From Azolla caroliniana (lineage: Eukaryota > Plantae > Polypodiophyta): DNA of 64,000 nucleotides. The stretch is from the NCBI GenBank assembly GCA_043228905.1, contig JBHGNT010000001.1, positions 62,001-126,000 on the forward strand, given 5' to 3'. Positions 36,701 through 48,792 of this stretch are shown piece by piece. Made by a program: the position numbers and the translations under genes. How positions within the stretch are numbered: position 1 is the first letter of the stretch; each line of letters opens with the position of its first letter. Under the pieces are notes generated by a model, which saw nothing but the letters and a program-made list of their open reading frames with translations, had not been told where the DNA came from and did not search any database.

Positions 36701-38859
36701 CGGTGCATAAATATTCATCAGACCCAACTTTTTCAATCCTATTTGAAAAATTACATATTGACCTCGACCACATGTCAAGACTCCATAATGCAAGAAAGAA
36801 CCCAACCAAGTATCATTTAATGCAATGCAAAGTCCAACTTTCAAACAATTATCACCAACTGCAGGCACCCAGAACTGTCTACACTTGCCTGGCATCATAT
36901 TTCCATATTTTTGAATCCTTTGCTCATTTAAATGATGCTCTTGAATAAGAAGAACATCAATCCTACCTACCAAAGACTTCCTCAATTGCCGACGGAAAAC
37001 ACTCCTTACTTTATGAAATTGTTTGCTTCTTAAGCCCCATACATTCCATGAAATAATATTTAACCTATCCATCAATCATAGTTTTTCCCCCTATTCTCCT
37101 TTTAGCAAGTGCGTCATCTCTACCCTTCCTTCCATCCTCTGAGGCTCGTAATTGTCTCTTATTAGCCCAAACTTCTTTCCCAATCACCTTATGTGAACGC
37201 ACTGGCATGTGGTTATCTACTATAGAAACCCTATCCGAAGACCTAGCAACGGAAGTGAAATCAACTATATTCTCACCATCCATGTCAACATTTACAAGAT
37301 CTACCTTGATCCCTTCATTTTGTTTAACATCATTCACAACTAAGGACATATCAATCTGTTGTACTTGATCGAAAACAATTTGTTTACCCTTATTAGATTG
37401 CTTATTAACCTTTGTAACATGTTCTGACGATTGTACCTTTAAAAGGATGTCTTGCGAATTTTGTTCCACTCGTTGTTCCTTTGTAACATCCACTTTCTTA
37501 CTATTGGCATCCTTTTCCACTTCCTGCAAAGAATGATAAGGGTTAGCGTCGAGTAATAACAATGGGTTAACCAATGTACTCATCAGCTTGAAAACATGTT
37601 TTGTAGAAACTGTAGACCAACCATCATTATTAGCAGTTGATCGAGGAGGTGGATGGGATTCATTTGGGCGTCACTTTTGACACTCTCGACCTAAATGACC
37701 AAACTGACGACACACAAAACATTGATTACGCAAACCTTGATAATACACATTTTGCATAACCGGAGGTTGATTGGTAAGCAAATTAGGAAAAGAAATCGTT
37801 GTTGGCAAACGAACACTTCTTGGGGCGATCAACCGAATAGCTGGAACCCCACCCACTCTATCTAACCCAGAAGCTTGTCCATCACATGTAGCAATGACTT
37901 TTCCTAACAAAGCCCCAATGCGAGGAAGAACATTCCTCCACTCTTTCCTCAAACCGGGGAATATCGCTGAAAAATCATACTAGACTCCTGATCCTACAAA
38001 ATCTCATCCACCTTAACATTATGTGACCTTTTATGAAAGAAATCCACGCAATTCCATGCCTGCCTCCTTAATTGCTAATAGTTTGCTAACCGAATCCTCA
38101 TCTGCAAATTCCACATGATAACATCCTCTAGACATAAATTGAATATCGAGGATGTTAGCCATTTCCTCCGAAAAAGCGGCATATAAGATATGTCGAAGTT
38201 CCGATCTATTTGGTCGCAAACCCTAGACTTGCACTACCAAGGAAACCGGTGGTAGCGTTGTTTGCTTCATCCCCGACCTGTTCGACAATCGTCACCGCGC
38301 TCTTCATTTTCCTCTCCTCTGTATTGTATTTTTTCAAGTTGATTCTACAATCATCTTGTACTAAACATCAATTTTCTTGGTTGTCATCAAAATGGGATGT
38401 AATCTTGTCACAAGTAGGAGCATGTCTGACGTTTGTATCTTGCCATGTAAAGACACAAATGGAAAACATTTTAAACTCTTTCCAAGTGGACTTAATTATA
38501 TTACTACTCCTGGCTCCTACCCAATGAGAGCTATAAATGTTATGAAGATACCAAAGAAACATGTTTGGGAAGCCAAGATTTGATTCCTCCTTCATTGCAT
38601 ATACAATCATAATGTATGATAAATCTTGTTTTTCACTTAACAAGGGAGTATTCTTTCCACCTATGATTGGGGGAACCTCAATGCCAAGTATATAAACCCT
38701 TCTAATGTTTCACGTAGCTCATTATTGTGTAGATGTACGATTTATCCTTATTTTGAGGCATCACAAGCATAACCTTCATTTTAGAGCTATTGCTTCTAAT
38801 TCATAAACTTTTTGGTGTCCTCTAAAGTATTTGTTCAAAGCATTACATTATTTGTATAT

Positions 38860-39290
38860 AACTAAAACATGATAACTATGTCCTCAATAACAACTTTTTC
38901 GATGCCTTGTTTTATAAACTTGTAAACCATTAGTTGCATCATTCATACATAAAATGAAGTGAGTCGGTGAGAATAAGCATCTTAACATAGCAATTGCTAG
39001 TATAAGCAAAGCATGATAACCATGTCTTTGATAATAACTACATCAATATGTTGTTTTACAAACCTATATATCATTTCTACCCATTCATCATGCATAAAAT
39101 GAAGTGAGTTGGTGAGAGTAGGCATTTTCGCTTAACATGAATAATGCTAGTATCACCAAAGCATGATAACTATGCCCTCCATAATAACTTCAATGCTTTG
39201 TTTTACAAACCTATACCATATGTTCCATTCATCAATGCATAAAACAAAGTGCGTTGATGAGAGTATGCATCTTCACTTAACACTAATAGA
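38860..39290. repeat. ~147-bp degenerate tandem repeat, 3 copies
   Basis: CATGATAAC(T/C)ATG and CATAAAATGAAGTGAGT-type motifs recur three times. Confidence 0.65.
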
Positions 39291-40016
39291 GATAGTGAAA
39301 ACCTTTAAATTTTCATCTCCAATATCCTACAAATTGATTGCCATAAATTTACGAAATTGCAAACATTTATTTACATGGTAATTTTGAGTTCTTCCAAATG
39401 TCGTCATGGGACATCTACCATATCAAAAGGTTTATTTAAGTTGTGCCCCATGCGCAAGTGTGAGAAAGAAGAAAGGTATTCATATGGAGAGTCATGATTG
39501 GTGGGCTCCCATTAGGTTCAGCCTTAAAGAGACCAGGACTAGGGTCAGACACTTGTTTCTTTTACACCGTTTCGTTGGGGGACAATACACATAGGTTCAT
39601 TAAATGTCCTATAACGTGTATCATTTGGAAGTATTTATCAAACATTTGACAAGTTTTAACCCGTTGTTATTTGAGACCTCAACAATGGGTTTCTTCTCTG
39701 TATGTTCAAAATGGTCCAAATGACAAGATAAAGATATTGTTCCAATTTTTACTATATCGGGGGTTGCCACACAATTGGAATATGTGTAATGCTTTCATGT
39801 TTGATAGTAGACATGGGGTGAAAGCCTATATGAAAAAGTTAAAAGGTATTAAGATGTTGGAGCTTGTTGAGATCATTTCCTCAAATGCATATTCATGTTT
39901 TCTAGTGGCATTACAGGATGTCCCTCTCCCTCCATAGGATAGATAGGTAGAGGAGACTAAGAAGTATTGTAACAAGTTGAGTTTTCATACAATTAATATA
40001 ATTGTGTGCTCTTACC

Positions 40017-40069
<53 letters not shown>

Positions 40070-41876
40070 ATAGTACGCATTGATTTATTTCATGCCCGAT
40101 GGCAAGGATGGTTTGGAGGTGTATTAGTTTCGTGTGAATGTCTCTAACTGGAGTAAGCCTATCTTCCTTTAGTTGGGTTTTTGCACATATGGAGAACAAT
40201 GAACCAATGAAATTATATTGGTGTTCTTGAGGTATTGGGGGCTATGGTTCAATTAGAATATGCGGAATGCGTTCATTTTTCATTTGTAAGTTGGGGTGAG
40301 AAAATATGTTTTAAAGTTAAAAGGACTTCTTTTGTGGCAATTGACAATGCTAGAGAAATCACAACATCTCAACCATGAAGAGAGGGAACTCTGCAAGATC
40401 ACATATTATCATATTCGTCGTTTGAATTGGTGTGTAGGGTGGCATTGAGTTTGGAATCGTAGTAGTATTTAGATCCCTTGATACAAGGGTTCCATAAATT
40501 ATAGTAAGTTAGTCATGGTGGTGTTTTTTCTTTCGTAATGAAAGCCATTATTTACGAAGAGAGAGAGAGAGAGAGAGAGAGAGCTTAACGTTGATACTCT
40601 TAGAGAGAGGAATAACCCTTCCATAATAGATGGATATCCGCTTGAGCTTTCAAATATAGAGTTTAAATCTATTGGGAAATTGATTTTTGCAACAGGAGTC
40701 CTAGTGTGGTTTCAAAAACAGCTTTCCAATTGGTTTTATCAAAGTACGTTAAAATTCTCTGTTTACAAACAATGTTTTCTAGAAATACTGATGCAGATGA
40801 CACATTTGGAGAACACGAAGGACCTTTGTATGACATACAAGAAAGAGTCCAGGACATATCCAGCAATTGGAAGGTAGTCACTGTCAATAATTTAGTTCAC
40901 ACAAGCTCATATGGATCCTTATGGTCTCTTAGTCTTGACTTCTTTGTACTTACTGTCCATAATTAAGACCGAGGGAGAGAGGTTTATCAATGCAGTGTTT
41001 AACATACAATTCATATAGTTGTTTTTCCCAAAAAACAAAAAAGAGATTTTATTCTTAGTGTGGAAGGTCAAATAAAAAGGACCAAAAGCAAAACATTTTC
41101 ACATAATATAAATGGAAAGGAGTTGAGTACTCAATATTCAAGAATTTTAATGATCAACAACGATTGCACTTGAGAGTGCACATAGTGACTGAGAATAAAG
41201 TGATTGACATTGGGTTAAGACTATGAAGGAAGGTGATTTGCCTTTCTTGTGTTAAATGGCATGGGGGTGAGATGTATGTCCCATCATTTGTTCACTTTGC
41301 AACCACAAAAACATTACATTTGCATTCTTGCCTTATATGTATTCTTCATGTTATCCCACTCATTGGATCACTTCCAAAAATCATGTAACAGAAAGACGAA
41401 TAAGAAACAATATAACATCATGGAAAGTAGAGAACAATCCAAAGAATGTGTCTTCAAAGTTTGTACCCAGTGGTTTTCCCTAGCAAAAATATGTGGAAGC
41501 AAGGGAAATATGAAGACGTACAAGATAAAGGAAATTGAAAGAAAGAAGAAAAAGAGAAAAAAGGTTCTTTTCATATGCCTCATGTATTGAAAAAAAGTGA
41601 GCATCTTGAAAACTTTAAAATGTGGCATGTATTTTATGTTTCTTGAAAGTCTATATAATAGAAAAAGATGAACAAGCACTAAGCATTGGAAACTTTGGAA
41701 GAAGTTGAAGACAAACGTGGGGTTCAAGGAGTCATGATTATTATACTCTCAATAAATTACATGAACGTTAATATGGCATTATCTACGACTATACAGGGCT
41801 CCCAGCCAAGTAAAAGGCGTTACACCTTAATAAGATTAAATACGATGTAAAACCATTACCTATAGGGGGACCCGAC

Positions 41877-44066
41877 TTATGACTCTTGGATAAGAGAGCC
41901 CCCAATGTTAGCACCAACCAATTTCTTGGCACAATGCCGACGTTGGGTGTATGCAAAGAACCATGTAAGCACCTCGAAAAGCAATGCAAGGCCCGCAATG
42001 GCCAATAGGACCCCCACATAGGCTCGTCGCCACACACGTGGCGGCGATAGGATGTCAAAGCCGTAGAAAATGTTGAGAATGCCGAGCACTAGAATGGAGA
42101 CCCCTAGTGTGTAATGATAGAATTTCCATGACTTCCTCATCTTGTGTTCCTTGTTAGGCCTCATCAAAATTGCACACATCTACAACAACACATAACATGA
42201 TAAAAAAAAAAAAAAGAGTTTCAATATAAAGTAAGTAAATGGCTTGGCTAGCCGGCTGGCTGGTTATGTGCAGTGCAGTGCAGGTAGGTCGGTGGGTGGT
42301 AGGTAGATAGGTAGGTAAGGTCACATATTTTGGGGGTTACTGACCTGTAGAGTGGAAATGGCGAAGAGGACAATGCCAATGATTCTGTGCTTGTGGTAAA
42401 CAATCCCCACCGAGTAGCTCCCAAGCCGAAGTCCGGTCGCCCATCCCGCCACACCCAGTGTGAAGCCGCAGATCTGGATGGCCACATGCAAATAGAACCA
42501 CACAGGGTCGGCGAATCGCAGGTAGCGAGCGGCCATGACACCGCACGGCAGCAAGATCCCCCACCCCACCACATTTAGCACTCCATGCCTCTGAATTCGC
42601 AGCATAAATAAATGGCAGAAAGATTAAGAAACCCACTAGCACACATTGAGCACGATTATAAATTATGCGAAGAAAATCGTAAGCGGAGGAGCTATATACA
42701 TATGTATATCTGGCGTACGTACGTTTTTTAGGGTTTGCCGAGACGGTGCAGACAACGTTAAGATGGAGGAACCTGTAGCCATGTCGATCGTCTTGAGTCC
42801 GAGCAGATCTGCGGCGTCGAGGTCATGACTAGCCGGTATGAAATTGGAGACAGAAGGGCCCCTGTTCCACACATGGTTAAGGGAGGTGGATTGATTAGGT
42901 TGAAGGCGGATGGAGACGAGCATTTGGATGGTGGTGCCAGCCAAGATTTGGACCTGTGTGCTCAGGACCTCCAGGTCTATGGGGGCACAAGCGAACCCGC
43001 CACTGTAAGAAGAAAGGTTGTAGGTTAGGATGGTGCTTCCATTAGAAGCTTGGAATGCTATGAAGGCCTGTGTCCCCACCATGGCTGGCTTCGGACCCAG
43101 GTTGAGGCCCCATCCCACCCATCCACTGCTGGAAGGCGCCACACCTGAGAAGAGCACATGGAGAGTCCGGTTCGCGGCGTCCTCGTTCTGCAGTGTCCAG
43201 GCTATCGTAGCACCTTGAACGGACAGGTTTTCACACATCAAGAACGCCTTGTTCTCCCCACCGAAGGCATATGAAGTAGCACAGCCAGCCGTCGCCGTAG
43301 TGGGTGGTGCAGGTGCAGGAGTACTAGAATCAGGAGTGGGTGCTACGGCTTCCCCTGGGGCTGAGGCTGGGGCTGAGTCTGGGGCCAGTGTAGCATTACC
43401 ACTAGCTGAAGTATTGGTGATGGCAGAGCTGTTGCTAACTAGGCCTGCTGTCATATTGATAGTTTTGAGGCCGAGAAGGTTTGCACCCCCAAAAGAATGA
43501 GGAGCCGGTATGAAGTTGGAGACAGAGGGGCCATTGTTCCAGACGTGGTTGAGCAACGTCGACTGACTAGGCTGGAGCCGTATGGAGACCAGCATCTGGA
43601 TAGATGTGCCCGAGATCTGCACCGCCATGTCCAGGACCTCAAGTTTGATGGGCGTGCAGGTGATCCCGCTGTCGTAAGATTTGAGGTTATAGGTTAAGAT
43701 TGTGCTTCCGTTGGGCGCCTGGAAGGCGATGAAGGCCTGTGTTCCCACCATGGCTGGCTTTGGCCCCAGATTTAGGCCCCATCCCACCCATCCGGTGCTG
43801 CTTGGTGCCACACCTGAGAAGAGTACATCAAGAGTTCGGTTCCCACCCTGTTCCGCATCATCCTCGTGCAATGTCCACGCCAGTGTTGCGCTGGGCGTCT
43901 GTAGATCTTGGCACGTCGCAAACACCTTCTTGTTGTTCTCCTTGCCAAAGCTGTAAGAAGTGAGGCAGCTTGAATGGGTGGACAGGGGCAGGAGGATAAG
44001 CATTATGAAAGCCAACCAAATGAGGCGGCGGCCTAAGGATGCTGCGCTCATCCTTGCATTCATCAT
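41877..44066 (-). CDS. Cytochrome b561 and DOMON domain protein (AIR12/CYBDOM family) with two DOMON domains; exons 44066-42723, 42590-42345, 42179-41877; 630 aa
   Basis: Signal peptide, then two DOMONs (GWVGWGLN...MVG...HVWN.GP...PxxH). The b561 His motifs are HGVLN, WFYLH, HKHRIIG and WKFYHY. Both introns are phase-0 GT-AG. The start Met could be Met1, 2 or 6. Confidence 0.92.
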
Positions 44067-44347
44067 CGCACACGGTATAATTAATTAGTATTATTACACC
44101 TGCTTGCTTACCTCGCTCGCCGTTGAATCTTGATGATGTATGTATGTATGTATGTATGTAATTATGTATGTATGGGCACAGCAGCAGCTAATATGCACTC
44201 TCTCTCTCTCTCTCACTCACTGTGTTTGTTTGCGTGGTGTGCTGTGCTCTCTGTGTATGTATATGAATGTGCTGTGCTCTGTGTGTGTGTGTCTAGATAC
44301 ACAGCAAAGTAGGATAGTTAGGTAGGAGGAGCGTGGTGGGGGCTCTG

Positions 44348-44354
44348 TTTATAG
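44348..44354 (-). promoter_or_regulatory. Candidate TATA box of the DOMON-b561 gene
   Basis: CTATAAA about 280 bp upstream of the ATG, followed by a CA/GA-repeat-rich leader. Confidence 0.4.
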
Positions 44355-46895
44355 CTGTATATGTATACATATATCAATTATTATTATGTGGACTGAATAC
44401 ATACATATTGTATGTATATAAAAGTTAAAATATATGTATATCAGTATATGATATATCCTATATGTGGGTGGGGATATGAGCTAGCTATACATATAGTTGT
44501 ATGTATGTACATACATACATACATATTATATACATGCCTATGCCTCTCTATTTATATCTTACCGCAGCTGGGAAGAGATGGATCAGAGAGTTCGTTCACG
44601 CGTACGTACTACTACTACTAATTAAGAGTGGCAGCAGAGTATCGAGAGCCACCCTGACCCAAGTGTCTCTCTCGGACAGACGGAACAGAGACCACGCCAA
44701 CAATACTACTCCTAGCTCTATTATTCACTATCGCTACTTAAACCTCTCATGTGTTCTGCTGCTGCTTGCTTCCTACCTTGTTGTTATATATATGTATGCT
44801 ATTTATTTCTTAGAACTCGCTTCTCTGACCTTGTTATACAACGACACCCATTTATATACATAATACATATGCGCGGCACTCTCTGATCAGCTCTGTACTT
44901 ACACCAACCACATTTTCCTCTTCCTCGTTCTTTCTTTTCTCTTACTTTTTTACCATCCTAGCCTGCCTACCTGATCCTACTTACTTATTTTAAAGTAAAA
45001 GAAGCGCACTCGTCTCCCGCAGCAGATGTCGACAAGCTGTCATCACATCTGACGTGGTAGAGACAAATTTAACAGCAGCAGCAGATGATTAGCTCTAGGC
45101 TTTAATATACATACATACATACATACACATATATGTGTGTGTATATATATATATATCTGTATATAATAATATATGTATACATACATACTCTATATATGGG
45201 TTCTTTCGCCCATTAAGCCGATCAAGGCAGTCAGAGGAGTCAAAAGTGTCAGTGTGTGAACACATTATATTATTTCCGCCGTCCGGGACATCTAAAAAGT
45301 TGAAAATCATTTTTTTCCTTTCAAAATCGCTTTCTCATCATTTTTTCCTTTCAAAATCGCTTTCTCAAATTTGTCTTAGCCACTCGCTGACACACACTTT
45401 TTGAAACTCCAATTTTGTACTAAATAAATACTCAATAATATATACCTGGCCCTGCTGCCTCATGAACAAACCAGTTACTACTTTCAGCCCCCATTGCCTT
45501 AAACTCTCGAGCACATTTCTCTGAACTTCTCAATCTATAACCTTATTGTTGCATAACACAATCTCTATCACCACACCTCGTATATTAGATGGTTTTTTGG
45601 AATTATAGTGGTGCATGTTCACGAATTCACAAGTATATGGTTTTTTGGAGTTAGAGTATATGCAAAATATCATGTTAGTTTTGTATCACGCTTCTTGTTG
45701 TCGTTAACATGAAGATTAGAAACAAACACTAAACAATGTCTCCTCACGCATGAACAAGAGGGTGGATGTGTTCAAATGGAGGACCAAGGATTGAATGAAG
45801 TTTGGCCAAACAATCGTTATCAAGGGAACCTGCCCACCATTTTCCTTGCACAACTCTACTCCATCCATTTTGTGGAGTACGTATGCACACAAACATTAAA
45901 AACTAAAAGCAATTGACCATCTAAGATTATGAATCTTTGCTATATGCTTATATGCTCATTGTTAGCGTGTGAATTTCATCTACCTACTTTCTCATGTTGG
46001 TCTTACATTTTACTTGTATTACAATCTAAATGTCAAAGTCTTAGGTTTGCCTTTTTGCTATTGAGCTCCCCCTCTCTTTCTTTTCACATTTAGGTGTTTG
46101 ATTTTCTTTACCAATGTTAAGTCCCTCTCTGGGTCAAAATATGAGAAACCATAGTGCAATGCACTCCACCACACGAATAGGAAGAGAAAAAAGAGGAAAT
46201 GATTGGTCCTCCATTCTATCTAGAAAGCTTAGGAGTCAAGAAAAACATATTATATAAATAGTGTGGCTTATTCTCAAACAATCTAGAAAGTACTAATAGC
46301 AATCACTAAAATCTCGTGGAGCCCAACATCAAAAGTGGGATGAATTAGCTTTGTTGATGAAATAAATGAAAAGAAATACATGCTTTGAGAATCAACACTT
46401 TGTGTTTTGTTTGACAATTGTGTGATATTATTGGATGGGTCCGAAGGCATGCCTCTAGAAATTTCAAAGTTATGATGTTGCTAAAAATGATTTCAACAAT
46501 TATTGATTTGTTGTAATAATCATTTTGATCCGTTATTGCTTTTTATCTTTTTCTTTCTAATGACTTTGGAATCCCTCATTTGCGATGTACCTTTGCTTGA
46601 TTTTTCTCATAATTTAGAATGTGTCTTTCCATAATTATTTTTCCTTAGTGTCTCTCTTTTGATTTTCAAGGGAAACTATTTATTTATAACTATCCCTTTT
46701 CTAAAATAACTACAAAACCTCGACACTGGCAACCAAAGTCCAATACCTTTAGACAATTCACTGCACCAAGCTACCAATGTATTCCAAATCTACGAAGCAA
46801 ATGATGGATCCCCTTTGCTACACTCGTTGGTGGCCTACAATGATCATCAAAACTTTGTGTGAGAACAATTTGAAGTATATCAGGTTTTTCCTTTT

Positions 46896-46940
46896 TGTAA
46901 AGAAGTGTGAGTGATGTAGGTGATGTTTTGCAGTGGAAGT

Positions 46941-46982
<42 letters not shown>

Positions 46983-46990
46983 TAAGACAA

Positions 46991-47036
<46 letters not shown>

Positions 47037-47822
47037 CTGAACAAGTGGTTATATTAGTAGAAATTGAATTACATCCAACAACAACTAAGTTACAAAAGGT
47101 TGGTTTAAATACCAACTAGTCTAGAGCAATTGCCCGTTTTGTTATTTACAAAACTAGCCTAGTGTGTCCACTACTAGTGTGAAAGCACTTCATTGGGGAA
47201 GTTGAGTTCCATTCTCAACACACCCCTTCGAACACAACTTCTTGACGCCGAAAAATTGGTTCGGTTAGGTCTTCAAAATACTTCGATTTGTTTGAATTGG
47301 CTTTCGGGTTTGATTGTTTTGAGCTCCTCTTTCAACTTGACTGTCATCATCTTACTTCGACTCCTTTGGTCGGCATCGATCGACTGATCAACTGTTGTTA
47401 TTCGGTTGCTACCATACTCCCCCTCAAGCTTGGCAATGTGCTTATCGTGAGACCAAGGTCCGATGTAAATTGACTGAGCTTGTCGACGCCTAAGGCTTTT
47501 GTGAAGATGTCGGCAACCTGAAGATTCGTGTTGATGTGTTGTAGGTTTACATCTCCGGATTGAACGAGCTCTCGGATGAAGTGATAGTGCACTTCGATGT
47601 GCTTAGTTCGCGCGTGAAACACTAGGTTCAGAGCCAGGTAGATACTACTCATGTTGTCGCAGTATAGGAGAATCAGATCCTTCAATATGCGTTTGAACCA
47701 AACAGCGTTGCATGCGGCGACTGTCGCGCCCCTATATTCGGCCTCTGTCTCGACAATGCGACTGTCCGCTGCTTTTTGTTACTCCAAGAGATTGCTCCAT
47801 TGCCGATGGAGAAGACAAATAT
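46896..47822 (-). mobile_element. 3' end of a Ty1/copia element (RNase H + 3' LTR 46896-47220)
   Basis: GAISWSNKKQ, YCDNMS, RTKHIEVHYHF, ADIFTKAL. LTR TGTAAAGAA...TTCTCAACA contains (GT)n(GA)n. Confidence 0.8.
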
Positions 47823-48792
47823 TGTCATGATATGGCATGGTATGGCCATCCAAAAGGATTCAAACCCATGACCTTGTGTTGCATGAGTTGAACTCTTACC
47901 ATTAAACCATGCATTGTAATACAAAAAATATTATTTTCATTTATTATTTCACCATAGGAAATTCATGTATATTCCAAATTATTTTGGAACATTTTAGAAA
48001 CTTCAACAGTATTATAGATAGAGGCGCATGGATTTATTCAGAACCAATTCAGTTCAACGTCAGTCTTAAGCCTCCTAGCTACTCTTGTATCTTATCTTCA
48101 TATAATATACCACTTGTTATCATCATTCTCTCCCCCCCCCCCCTCTCTCGTGACTCTCCACACACTTTTCCCCTTCTTAGTACTAATCCTCATTCTTCCT
48201 CTCTATCTTTAGTACTAATTCTCCCTGTCTCTAGTACAATCTTTGACCGTTTGAACAGAATTCCTCATTCTCTTATCCTTCCTTCCCTTCATACTAATCC
48301 TCTTATCCTTCCTACTAAATGGCAGTTGTTAGCGCTCAAGAATACCAATCCGTTTTCTCGGAGCTCCAGTGCTTAAAAGAGAAGTTTGTAGCACAAGAAC
48401 AAGAAAACCAAGTTACGTTTGTTGGAGGATCTTCAACAAATAGCTCTAGAAAAACAACAACATGGGGAGATGACGTTACGTGTGCAACAACTTGAAGCAA
48501 CTATTGTGTCACTACAACAACAGGGATCAAGTACTCAAGGGACTCCCAAAGAACCCAAGATCGGTCTTCCTATGAAGTTTGATGGAACGCGGTCACAGTT
48601 TAGAGGATTTCTTAATCAGGTACGTTTGGTGATTCAAATGCATCCTTCTCGATATCCCACCGATGCATCATGAGTGGGACTAGTAAGCACGCTACTTAAT
48701 GGCACAACTCTGGCATGGTTCGCCCCTTTATTAGAAAAAGGCTCTCCATTGTTAAATAATTTTGAAGAGTTTATTACAGAGTTTAAAGCATG
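47823..48792 (+). mobile_element. Chromovirus-type (Tcn1/Tf1-like) Ty3/gypsy fragment: 5' LTR 47823-48324 + gag
   Basis: TGTCAT...ATGGCA ends. Gag reads EPKIGLPMKFDGTRSQFRGFLNQ...LAWF. Cut by a copia LTR at 48793. Confidence 0.75.
47846..47916 (-). promoter_or_regulatory. tRNA-like A/B-box module in chromovirus LTR
   Basis: A box TGGTTTAATGG (47909-47899) and B box GGTTTGAATCC (47866-47856). Each is one C>T change from the module at 2343-2396. Confidence 0.7.

Larger units (their letters stand above)
26120..38225 (-). mobile_element. L1-type LINE, degenerate, carrying nested insertions; boundaries approximate
   Basis: ORF1 knuckle CFVCRQFGHLGREC, endonuclease ISWNVWGL/IQEHHL/NIYAPN/RLDRF, RT PGLDG/DFEKAYDRVDW/FANDT, C-terminal HHVFWEC. 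Confidence 0.85.

Noticed and set aside
39400-41000. Host exons or DNA-transposase remnants
   Set aside because: Only short ORFs with no recognisable motif or splice chain.
45198-45404. MITE/Mutator terminus upstream of the gene
   Set aside because: Only a partial inverted match and a ~31-bp duplication, with no TSD or partner end found.
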